The notes: generated by a model not told the origin, from the sequence alone. A stretch of 42,634 nucleotides of DNA from a virus (IMGVR_UViG_3300033489_000157:1-42634); one strand, 5' to 3'; positions 1-8,318 are shown, counted from the first letter of the stretch. Made by a program: numbers and translations.

Positions 1-152
1 ACGTCCGGGCCGAATGCGGCGGCGGTGGCGGGGGCGGGGGCGGACTGCTATACGACGATGTCTATTCGGTCAGCGGGGCGATGGCTGTAACGGTCGGCGA
101 AGGTGGACTCGGCGGCACGGACAGGGATCTCAAGGGCGGGACCGGCGAGGAT
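1..152. repeat. Terminal overlap with 42483-42634 (circular genome/assembly overlap)
   Basis: 1-152 matches 42483-42634: exact over 27-152, with mismatches at positions 6, 7 and 26. The reading frame continues across the junction. Confidence 0.95.
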
Positions 153-3100
153 TCAATCTTCGGAGTGATGACCGCGAAAGGCGGGGGAGGCGGAGGCGGA
201 CGCGAAATCGCGGGCGATACCGGTGGGTCGGGAGGCGGTGGCGGGGGAAGAGCGAGTGCGGCCGGTGGCACCGGGACGGCCCTCCAGGGCCACGACGGCG
301 GCGACGCGATGCCCTATGGCGTGACGAATAATTATTTGGGCGGGGGCGGCGGTGGTGGGGCCGACACGGCTGGAGCTGATGGAGCCAGCCAAATAGGCGG
401 TGACGGTGGCGATGGTCTGGAGTATTTCGGCTCCTATTACGGCGGCGGCGGGGGTGGGGCGGGTCGATTCGGCTATGGGCTCGGCGGGCTCGGCGGCGGG
501 GCGAATGGCCGATCTTCGGCGGGTGCGGCCAATGCCGGGACGCCCAACACGGGCGGCGGCGGAGGCGGGGCGCTCGATGATGGCGCGGGCGGCCACGGCG
601 GCAAGGGCATCGTCATCATTAAGGTCGCGCTTACGACCCCGGCGCTTCAATCCTATTCTGAAGGCACGATCAAGCAGGAAGGGACCTATTCCCTGAAGTG
701 CGTTGGGGCCATCACGACCAGCCTGAACAAGACGCTGACCCGGACCCTCGCCACGCCGGTTAACCTGACGGGTATCAATACCATAAAATTTGACATCTAT
801 GCCGGGAGGACCGGCTCGAATATCAAGGTCGGCATACACGACGCGGGCGGGACTACATCGGAGACGACGCCGAATGTCGCCGGGGTCGATACCTGGCAGA
901 CCGTCACCTGGGACATCTCCGGCGTTTCGGACGCGAATAAGGACGCCATCGACAAGATCATCGTCACGATCGTCAACGCAGACGCGGCCAATACTTTTTA
1001 CCTGGACAACTGGTATCTCCCGGCCGCGACAACAGGCGCACTTTCGCTTGAGCAAGAGGGAATCATTCTCCGGCCCGAGTGCAAAGGCCGGGTGACCTTT
1101 TGGCTCAAAAGCTCCGTGGCCTCGCCGGGTATTATGGTCAAGTGGGGACTCCAGGATACCGGCGGCAACGTCTGGTATGACGCGACGGCTGAGACCTGGG
1201 GCGCTGAAGCCTATAACGAGGCGGACGGTGTCACGAGTGACGGCTGGACGGAAGTCACCGTGGATTTTACGGCTCACGAGGATTATTCGGATTACCTTTT
1301 GATCGTCAAGACGGGCACGACAGACCTGGGCGAGGTCTATTACTTTTACCTGGACGACTGCTCGCTTGTCCGAATCCTGGAGCCCATGCCCTACCGGGCC
1401 ATCATCCCGCAGGGCGGAGCACCGCAAGTCACGCAGAGTGTCGGGGACTATTACATCGGGGACGTCGCGTTCTCTGCGGGTACGCTCCGATATGGGAACG
1501 ACGGCTGGTGGTATGAAGCACTCGAAGATTACATTTGGCACTTGAAGAAGTTCTGGTTGAAGGCCGGGGCCATCGACTCGGAGTACGCGGAACTCGGGAC
1601 GCTCTTCTTGGGGCGGACGTCAAGGCCCTCCATAAACGACAAGGAGGTCGGCTTCGAGGTCGTCGATGCGCGGGAAGGGCTTTTCGGGACGATCCCAACT
1701 GCCCTCTATGATTTGACGACCTACCCCAATTTGGATCCGACGGCCGTCGGCCGGGCCATCCCGATCCTCTTCGGCGAGCTGGACAACATCACGCCGGTCT
1801 GCATCGACACGACGATCTGGAAATACAAGCCCGCCGGACATGAGCTTGAGGATATCGTCGCAGTCTATAAGGCTGGTGCCACACTGACGATCACTACGGA
1901 TTATACGGTCGATCTGGTGAATGGAGAATTTACGCTCCTCGCAGACCCGGAGGGGGCGGTCATCACCTGCAAGGCGAAGGGCGCGAAGTGCAAGATTCAG
2001 AATGCGACCTACAGCAATATCGGCGCGGATATTCTGTACGCAGTCCTTACCGCGTTCAATTCTCCGGCAATCCCGAAGAGTCAAATCGACCTGGCATCGT
2101 TCCTGGACCTTCAGGCGAACCGGGTCCAGCCGCTGGCCGCCTATCTGACGGACCAGACACCCGGAGGCGTTTTGGATTTCATTCGGAAGCTCCAGGACTC
2201 AAATGTGTTCCATCTCATCCCGTTATCGAACGGGACATTCGGCGCGTTCCGCTATGCGGCTGGGACAACGGGGACCGAGACCCGGATTGACCAACTTGAT
2301 ATGTCATCCTTCTCGCTGAGTTACGACACGGCGCCGGTCAGAAAATCCGTCGTCATCAAATATGGCCAGGACCCGACGACGCAGAACTGGCTGGCGGAGC
2401 AGGTGACGGATGCACTCATCGCTTATCGATATGACCAGGCGGAAGTGCTGGAGAAGGAAACATTATTGACGGTCGATTCCGACGCGGCGCTCCTGGCACA
2501 GTTCTACTTGAACATCATCCGCTCGCCGGAGAAGCGCGTGACCGGATCGGTCCCGGCGCTTCTGCTGGGACACCGGCCCGCGGAGAAAATCATCATATCG
2601 AAGTCCATCCGCGACGGAGAAGGGGTCGCTCAAACTGTACTTGATGAGGATGTCTATCGGGCGCTGATGCTGGTAAAGGACGCGGGCAGGGCGACGGTTG
2701 AAGTCGAGGCGGTCCTGGATATCCAGAGCACGGGGGCGATGCACAACGATGTCTCCCATTCGGACAGTCACACGGACGTCCACGAGGATGTGCCACACCA
2801 GGACAGCCACGGCGATGATACGCACGCGAACGACTGGACCAACATTCCCCACGCGGACAGCTATGACGACACGCCCTATGTCGATGAGGATCACGTCGAA
2901 TCCCATTACGACACCCACGCGAATATTGCTCATGTCGATTCTCACGGAGATGCGGCATATACGGATACCCCTCACGGGAACACCGCACACACGGATACCC
3001 CGCACGAAGATGTTCCACATCAGGACAGCGGAAGTCATTCGAACGTCGCGCACACAGACATTCCGCACCAGGACAATTATGTTGACCACCAGGATGGCTC

Positions 3101-3461
3101 CAAGTGGCATCAGGACAATTATTCCGACTTCGAGTATGACGACCATGCCCATAAGGATAGCGCCTACACGGACATCGACCATGAGAATGTTGCCCATGAC
3201 GATTACGGACACACCAATACAGCTTACATAGACACCGACCACACGGACACACACGCGGACGGTCACACGAATACCCACGTCGATGAGTACACCGACGAAC
3301 ATCTAAACACGGCACACCTGGACAAGCATTGGGACAGGGAGCACGTCGATGAGCACGCCGACGATACGCATTTGGACGAGGCCCATGCCGACGTGACCCA
3401 CGAGGACGTCACCCACCAGGATGAGCATGGAAATATCGCGCACGGAGATTCGGAGTATTAA
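3..3461 (+). CDS. 3' part of large tail tip/central tail protein (starts at 41732): Gly-rich domain, carbohydrate-binding-like jelly-roll domains, tail-hub region and C-terminal H-x-D repeat region
   Basis: ORF 81..3461 is in frame with the open frame from ATG 41732 through the overlap (~1403 aa total). It follows tape measure and Dit. GRAIPILFG and PVCID resemble phage tail-tip proteins. The C-terminal ~240 aa is H/D-rich. Confidence 0.85.
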   Translation, partial: VRAECGGGGGGGGGLLYDDVYSVSGAMAVTVGEGGLGGTDRDLKGGTGEDSIFGVMTAKGGGGGGGREIAGDTGGSGGGGGGRASAAGGTGTALQGHDGGDAMPYGVTNNYLGGGGGGGADTAGADGASQIGGDGGDGLEYFGSYYGGGGGGAGRFGYGLGGLGGGANGRSSAGAANAGTPNTGGGGGGALDDGAGGHGGKGIVIIKVALTTPALQSYSEGTIKQEGTYSLKCVGAITTSLNKTLTRTLATPVNLTGINTIKFDIYAGRTGSNIKVGIHDAGGTTSETTPNVAGVDTWQTVTWDISGVSDANKDAIDKIIVTIVNADAANTFYLDNWYLPAATTGALSLEQEGIILRPECKGRVTFWLKSSVASPGIMVKWGLQDTGGNVWYDATAETWGAEAYNEADGVTSDGWTEVTVDFTAHEDYSDYLLIVKTGTTDLGEVYYFYLDDCSLVRILEPMPYRAIIPQGGAPQVTQSVGDYYIGDVAFSAGTLRYGNDGWWYEALEDYIWHLKKFWLKAGAIDSEYAELGTLFLGRTSRPSINDKEVGFEVVDAREGLFGTIPTALYDLTTYPNLDPTAVGRAIPILFGELDNITPVCIDTTIWKYKPAGHELEDIVAVYKAGATLTITTDYTVDLVNGEFTLLADPEGAVITCKAKGAKCKIQNATYSNIGADILYAVLTAFNSPAIPKSQIDLASFLDLQANRVQPLAAYLTDQTPGGVLDFIRKLQDSNVFHLIPLSNGTFGAFRYAAGTTGTETRIDQLDMSSFSLSYDTAPVRKSVVIKYGQDPTTQNWLAEQVTDALIAYRYDQAEVLEKETLLTVDSDAALLAQFYLNIIRSPEKRVTGSVPALLLGHRPAEKIIISKSIRDGEGVAQTVLDEDVYRALMLVKDAGRATVEVEAVLDIQSTGAMHNDVSHSDSHTDVHEDVPHQDSHGDDTHANDWTNIPHADSYDDTPYVDEDHVESHYDTHANIAHVDSHGDAAYTDTPHGNTAHTDTPHEDVPHQDSGSHSNVAHTDIPHQDNYVDHQDGSKWHQDNYSDFEYDDHAHKDSAYTDIDHENVAHDDYGHTNTAYIDTDHTDTHADGHTNTHVDEYTDEHLNTAHLDKHWDREHVDEHADDTHLDEAHADVTHEDVTHQDEHGNIAHGDSEY
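2739..3458 (+). repeat. Protein-level repeat array of aromatic-x-D/N tripeptides
   Basis: Hand count: about 41 H-x-[D/N/E], 9 Y-x-D and 1 W-x-N, mostly at 4-5 residue period. Only one His is outside the pattern. Degenerate at the DNA level. Confidence 0.95.
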
Positions 3462-4660
3462 TGGGATTACATTTCAAACTGATGGACTGCAACGGGCTCT
3501 GCCGATCCTGCTATGAACGGCGCATCCGAAAGACACAGGGTAAAGTCGCCTACAATCTCGAAGCCATGCTGGCGACGTTGCGGCGGGAGGCGGAGAAAGA
3601 GACGCCGGAGAACCGGCGGAAATATTCGGCACCTTGCGTCCACGGCGGCGAGCCGCTCCTCTTTCCGCCTGCCGACTTGAGGACGATCCTCAAGTCGATG
3701 TTCGACCTTTACGGGAAGGCATCCATCCAGACAAACGGCGTCCTGATAACCGAAGAGCACCTGGCGATGTTCAAGGAGTTCAACGTCGGGGTCGGGGTTT
3801 CAATCGATGGCGACACGGCGGTGACGAATCAGGGCCGCTGGAATGACGGCAATCTGACACCCGGCAAGATTCAAGAGCTGACATATAAGACCCTTGAGAA
3901 TATGGAGCGGGCCGTGGAGGCCGGACTGTGCGTATCGGCAATCGTGCTTCTCCGCCGATACAATGCGGCCCCGGATATTATCGGCTCTACGGAGATGTTC
4001 CTGCTCCGGCTGGAGAATATGGGAATCCGGTCAGTCCGAACGAATGAGGTCATCGTCTATGAGGATAGGTTTCGGGACGAAGAGCTGACGCCCGATGAGC
4101 TGGGATCGGCTTTCGTCCAGCTTGCGAACCTCTGCTTTGGAGATCCGGGCCGGGCCTGGTATCCTTATCGGGACGTTGTGAAGATGCTCATCGAGGGTGG
4201 GGATTCGACCTGCACGTTCAACGGCTGCGATGTCTGGCGAACCCAAGCCGAAACGGCCATCATGGAGGACGGGGCCATCGGTGTCTGTCTCAAGGGAGGA
4301 GCGGCCCTGGACGGGATTCAGGCGCTGGCCGCAGAGGGGCCCGGTGCTGAAAGGGTTCATGCCCTGGCGATGATCCCCCGGGAACTCGGCGGCTGTAAGG
4401 GCTGCGAGTTCTGGGGCTTATGCGGCGGCGGGTGTCCCGGCTCGGGAATCGATAATGACTGGCGGAACCGGACACGGTTCTGCGAGGCATACAAGATGCT
4501 CTTCAATCATGTGAAGGCCAGAATCCGGGGTCTCATGCCGGGGCTCACGCTCAAGGACTCGTGTGACCGGACGCGGAAATGGGCCGGAGGTTCCGGCCAC
4601 GGCGATGCGCACGGCGACGAGCACGGGGACAAGCCACACGGAGATCACACCGATGTCTGA
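3461..4660 (+). CDS. Radical SAM/SPASM domain protein (peptide/protein maturase type) with C-terminal HGD repeats
   Basis: CNGLCRSC (CxxxCxxC), HGGEPLL, IQTNG and VSIDG motifs. SPASM cysteines CTFNGC...C...CKGCEFWGLCGGGC...C. TAATG stop/start overlap with the tail gene. Confidence 0.93.
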   Translation: MGLHFKLMDCNGLCRSCYERRIRKTQGKVAYNLEAMLATLRREAEKETPENRRKYSAPCVHGGEPLLFPPADLRTILKSMFDLYGKASIQTNGVLITEEHLAMFKEFNVGVGVSIDGDTAVTNQGRWNDGNLTPGKIQELTYKTLENMERAVEAGLCVSAIVLLRRYNAAPDIIGSTEMFLLRLENMGIRSVRTNEVIVYEDRFRDEELTPDELGSAFVQLANLCFGDPGRAWYPYRDVVKMLIEGGDSTCTFNGCDVWRTQAETAIMEDGAIGVCLKGGAALDGIQALAAEGPGAERVHALAMIPRELGGCKGCEFWGLCGGGCPGSGIDNDWRNRTRFCEAYKMLFNHVKARIRGLMPGLTLKDSCDRTRKWAGGSGHGDAHGDEHGDKPHGDHTDV

Positions 4661-5555
4661 AATGAGACTGATACCTGGACTTGACCTGGCGCCGTCATGC
4701 CGGACGGTCTGGCTGAGTGAAGAGGCGCGGAAAGAATGGGCATCTATAATCCCCAAGCTCGGCGCGATGGTATCGGACCTTGAGGTTTCGAGCGTCGCGG
4801 CGGGACATCGACCCTGCGCATGGCAGACGATAGGGGAGGCGGAGTTCCCGCGACTTGCGGCGATTTGGGCCGAGCAGGGGCTTGTCAGCCTGCCGATAAA
4901 GCGCGTCCGAAACTTTACCGGGTTCGCGCACCGGCATGAGGAGCCACGGGCGGGCGAGCGGGCGAGCCTGTGCGTCATCGTATCCAAGATGCTTGCGGAC
5001 ACACTGCGATTCAAGGCGGCTTTCGAGAAAGGCGACAATGACGCCCAGGGCGAGCTTCTGGGGTTCCCGAAGTGTTGCCGGGAGTTCTTCTGCGCGACTT
5101 GGGCGAAGGGATATTTCGACCCCGTATGGCAGGCGGCGCTGAATTCCAAACACGAAGTCATCGGCGAAAGGCATATCAGGGTCCAGGGCCATCCTTTCGC
5201 AAATCCCGTCCTTCGCTATGCGGGCCTGCGGGTCGGATTCCACATTCCCCATGCGCTTGATTGCCCGGAGACGATTACCGTTGCGACGGAGAGAATGAAG
5301 CTGGCCAAGGCAACCGACCCGAACCTGACGAAACTTTTAGGGGCATTGCTTTCGATGCCGATGAGCTGGGACGTTTATCATGGGATCGCTGTCGTGCGGA
5401 CGCCCATCTTCGACCTCATCGTGCCCTCGGTCCCGACGGTTGAGCGGCACGTCGTGGAGTTTATCGCGGAGCCAATGTTCCGACCACGGGAAGGCGTTGG
5501 GGGCATCGGGTTCCCATTTGAGGAGGACGCCCATGAGCGATGCTTGGCCCAGTAA
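4653..5555 (+). CDS. Hypothetical Cys-motif protein (DUF483-like GxLLGF/YPxCC motif), probable partner of the radical SAM enzyme
   Basis: ATG 4653 with GGAG upstream, overlapping the end of the rSAM gene. Motifs GELLGFPKCCREFF and FHIPHALDC. The family call is tentative. Confidence 0.7.
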   Translation: MSEMRLIPGLDLAPSCRTVWLSEEARKEWASIIPKLGAMVSDLEVSSVAAGHRPCAWQTIGEAEFPRLAAIWAEQGLVSLPIKRVRNFTGFAHRHEEPRAGERASLCVIVSKMLADTLRFKAAFEKGDNDAQGELLGFPKCCREFFCATWAKGYFDPVWQAALNSKHEVIGERHIRVQGHPFANPVLRYAGLRVGFHIPHALDCPETITVATERMKLAKATDPNLTKLLGALLSMPMSWDVYHGIAVVRTPIFDLIVPSVPTVERHVVEFIAEPMFRPREGVGGIGFPFEEDAHERCLAQ

Positions 5556-5946
5556 AAAAGAATACGAAGCTGCGCTCCGGCAGATTCATCGTCGGCTCGA
5601 AGCGTTGGCGGCGGCCGCTGGCGGAGGAGGCGAAATGATTTACACAACGGCGGCGACGGACACGCACAGCGGGGGGGGAAACTACGAAACAGTAATCGAC
5701 GTTTCGGGTGCGGGGCAAGCCATTGTTTTTACGGGTGGAACACCAGCTAATGCCGCCTATCAATACTTGAAAATAACAGTGGACGGGACGGCCGTAGTGA
5801 CCGATATGATAACAAAAAAGGCGGGCGTGGCGTATCCTTACAATGAGATTTGCTGGGGCGTCTGGAACTTCAGCGTCAGCCTGAAAATAGAACACAAGTC
5901 GGACAGCTCTGCGGCCACCTGCCGAGTTGCCTATTGCTGCGCTTAG
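5533..5946 (+). CDS. Small fibre/adhesin-like protein (N-terminal helix, GGGG linker, beta-rich head)
   Basis: GAGGAGGA RBS then ATG 5533 (MSDAWPSKKEYEAALRQIHRRLEALAAAAGGGG...); 137 aa. Confidence 0.65.
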   Translation: MSDAWPSKKEYEAALRQIHRRLEALAAAAGGGGEMIYTTAATDTHSGGGNYETVIDVSGAGQAIVFTGGTPANAAYQYLKITVDGTAVVTDMITKKAGVAYPYNEICWGVWNFSVSLKIEHKSDSSAATCRVAYCCA

Positions 5947-5958
5947 GAGGAGAGGTTA

Positions 5959-7032
5959 ATGCTTCACGACGATAAGATCGGTATCTGCTTCGGGCGTCTC
6001 GCCCCTATGGACGAGTTCGGGACCTTCGATGGGAAGAAGTTCATCCTCAATGAGGCGCGGCTCGGGATCGAATGCGACGCGGCGGCCTATGCCGGCGCGA
6101 ACCTCGAGCGCTTCATGGCCTACGGCGTCTGGGGCAAACATCCTTACGGCCGGCGCTCCCAGTTCCAGCCATTCGTTTACGACCTAAAGACGAAGCGATG
6201 GGAGCTAGGACCAAAGGGTATCCCCCAGTATAATGATTACTATTTCCCGATCATGAGGAAAATCGTGGCCGGGAATCAGCGGTCGAACAAGACCACGATC
6301 TTCTCGGTCTTCGACGGCTGCGAGCTCCACGCCGGCGCGCGCGGCTGGAGTCCATGGGTCGTGAACAACCAGGGGATCTCTAGCTTCTACGAGCCGAAGG
6401 CGGACAAATATACCAGCGGCTTTTTCCAAGACTGCATCACAGAGTTCAAGGGCTATGATGTCATCTGGGACTTCAACGAACCGGAGAACTGGGCCTTTCC
6501 GGGGATGTTCGAGCGGGTGATCCTGCCGATCGTCATAAAGAACAAGATCCCCTGGAAGCGGCTGACCTACGGCGCAACGACGAAGATCGAGAAGCGTCCG
6601 TCCATCCAGGACCAGGTCCGCGCGATCGTCCTGAAGGAATACGGCCGGGCCGCGGATCGGACGATCATCCGGCCCGACCACGGCTTCCCGTTCGAGGAGT
6701 CGCTCGCGGCGCTCGAGCCCTATAACACGGATCTCTACTCGGTTGACGGGACCTATCTTCCACCCGGCCCGAATGCTTCCGCCTGCGACGTGCGTCCCGG
6801 GAAGGGGGCGCGGCCATCACCCGCGGCGCTCCGGCGCGTCGCGCTCGCGATCCTCAAGGCCCATCCGGTCGCGGCCGGCGGCCGCGCGCCGCTCGTCTAT
6901 CTCGAATACCTCCCGGCCGGATTCTCGACCGGGAATCTCGCCTGCTGGATGGCGGCGATCCGGGCGTTCAGCGCGGCCTACCGCGCGACGTTCGCCGTCT
7001 GGCCATCGAACTATGGGAAGCATCCCATGTAA
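5959..7032 (+). CDS. Putative glycoside-hydrolase-like (clan GH-A TIM barrel) protein
   Basis: Strong AGGAGG RBS; 357 aa; VIWDFNEP acid/base-like motif and YLEYL nucleophile-like motif. Last gene before the terminator. Confidence 0.5.
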   Translation: MLHDDKIGICFGRLAPMDEFGTFDGKKFILNEARLGIECDAAAYAGANLERFMAYGVWGKHPYGRRSQFQPFVYDLKTKRWELGPKGIPQYNDYYFPIMRKIVAGNQRSNKTTIFSVFDGCELHAGARGWSPWVVNNQGISSFYEPKADKYTSGFFQDCITEFKGYDVIWDFNEPENWAFPGMFERVILPIVIKNKIPWKRLTYGATTKIEKRPSIQDQVRAIVLKEYGRAADRTIIRPDHGFPFEESLAALEPYNTDLYSVDGTYLPPGPNASACDVRPGKGARPSPAALRRVALAILKAHPVAAGGRAPLVYLEYLPAGFSTGNLACWMAAIRAFSAAYRATFAVWPSNYGKHPM

Positions 7033-7047
7033 TCTATTCGACACATT

Positions 7048-7083
7048 GGCCCGTTCTCCGAAAGGGGGGCGGGCCTTTTTTTT
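7048..7083 (+). terminator. Rho-independent terminator ending the late operon
   Basis: GGCCCGTTCTCC-GAAA-GGGGGGCGGGCC, a 12-bp stem (3 G-U pairs) with GNRA loop, followed by T8. Confidence 0.9.
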
Positions 7084-7187
7084 GTCCCCGTTTTTGTAAC
7101 TCGACCATTATTGTAACCGGATTTTCATGGACTCGACGGGACGGATTTTCCCCAAGAAACAGGAGTTCCCCCTGGGCCTCCACACTT

Positions 7188-7209
7188 GTTCGAATCCCTC
7201 TCCCTCCGC
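7188..7209 (+). other. attP: Probable attP core: 3' end of a tRNA (Ser-like)
   Basis: GTTCGAATCCCTCTCCCTCCGC = T-loop, 3' T-stem, acceptor strand and G discriminator. Lies just beyond the integrase stop. Confidence 0.8.
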
Positions 7210-7226
7210 TTACTTTCTGTTTATTA

Positions 7227-8318
7227 TCAATCACTTGCCGAGAGGGGGCGAATTATCGTCCCCAGTTTTGTTGCTACCGCCCTCATTTTTTCGTCGTCCG
7301 TATGGGTATAGCGGAGCGTCGTCCTGATATCCGCGTGCCAGGCCATCCTTCGCACGGTCGGGGTATCCGTGAGCTCAGAGATCCGCGTGATCCAGGTATG
7401 GCGGAGCGCGTGGAACGTGAAACCGGGGACGCCGAGCAGTCCCGCCCTTGATAATTGCCAGATCGCCTTAGAGATGACGCGGCGGTCCCGGCGACGGAAT
7501 GCGAAAACGTATCCGCCCGCACATGACGGCTGACGCCTGACGATCTCAAGCGCCTCGGCCGGAACGTAAATCAGCTTTTCCTTCTGCGGGGCTTGTCGGC
7601 CGCGTCGGCGGAACTTCACCCGGCTGACGCTGAGCCGGATGATATCGCCGTCGATATCGGAATGGCGGAGCTGGACGACCTCATTCAGCCGGGCCCCCGT
7701 ATAGAGTCCGAAAAGAACCATGTCGTAAAGGACCTCGTGGACAGGCTGATCGCGCTTGCTCTTCAGGGTCTCGTCGCGGATTTTTCGGAGAGTATCGAGG
7801 AGCGTCCGTATCTCCTCGTCGGACAGAGCCCGGCGGCTGCCCTGGGATTCAACGAAGTATTCGAAGCCATCGAGCGGATTCTTGTGGACGGCATGCTCCC
7901 GGATGGCGATCTCGAAAAAATGATGAAGCGCCTGCATATACCTATTGACCGTTGAGTTCGCATGCCCTTCAAGGAGTTTCTTTTCAAGGTTCTGAAAATC
8001 ATCCATCCGATAAGTTGCAAGGCGCTTGTTTCCTATGATCTTCTGGGCTGACCGAAGTCGCTGAAGGTCCTTGTCCAGCGATGCTTTCCCGGACTTGCGC
8101 TTTTCATAGACGGGAAGGAACTCCGAGAAAAGGATGTCCCGGTTCGAGGTTGACGGTTTTAGGCCGAAATGATCCGCCGCGATGTCCTCATCGACCTGGG
8201 CGATCCTGGCGGATAAGAAGTTTTCCTGGCCCTTCCGGATTTTGAGGGGGCGGTAGTATGGAACCTTGTCGATAGTCCGCTTATACCACCACCAACGGCC
8301 ACGGAGATAGGCACCCAA
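7227..8318 (-). CDS. int: Tyrosine recombinase (phage integrase)
   Basis: TGARLNE (R), FHALRH (HxxR), WH and TTLRYTH (Y) motifs; N-terminal arm-binding-like YLRGRWWWY; TTG start. Confidence 0.95.
   Translation of the reverse strand: MGAYLRGRWWWYKRTIDKVPYYRPLKIRKGQENFLSARIAQVDEDIAADHFGLKPSTSNRDILFSEFLPVYEKRKSGKASLDKDLQRLRSAQKIIGNKRLATYRMDDFQNLEKKLLEGHANSTVNRYMQALHHFFEIAIREHAVHKNPLDGFEYFVESQGSRRALSDEEIRTLLDTLRKIRDETLKSKRDQPVHEVLYDMVLFGLYTGARLNEVVQLRHSDIDGDIIRLSVSRVKFRRRGRQAPQKEKLIYVPAEALEIVRRQPSCAGGYVFAFRRRDRRVISKAIWQLSRAGLLGVPGFTFHALRHTWITRISELTDTPTVRRMAWHADIRTTLRYTHTDDEKMRAVATKLGTIIRPLSASD

Noticed and set aside
1-152. DGR template/variable repeat, suggested by mismatches between the two end copies
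   Set aside because: No reverse transcriptase gene is present, one mismatch is not at an adenine, and the copies are simply the circular overlap.
153-3315. Long alternative-frame ORFs (153..1541 -, 2463..3302 -, 2593..3315 -, 2698..3231 +)
   Set aside because: Shadows of the GC-rich, repetitive tail gene; the Val/Met/Thr/Arg bias mirrors the CAC/GAC codons.
2739-3461. T4-type HxH iron-binding fibre tip
   Set aside because: The motifs are H-x-D/N, with only one HxH, and Tyr/Trp substitute for His. General metal binding is still possible.
3461-4660. Anaerobic sulfatase maturase as the function
   Set aside because: It is a likely generic annotation for this fold, but no sulfatase is encoded and the context points to the repeat array.
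7140-7212. Complete tRNA gene
   Set aside because: Only the T-loop-to-acceptor 3' part is present; no matching 5' strand or 5' T-stem.
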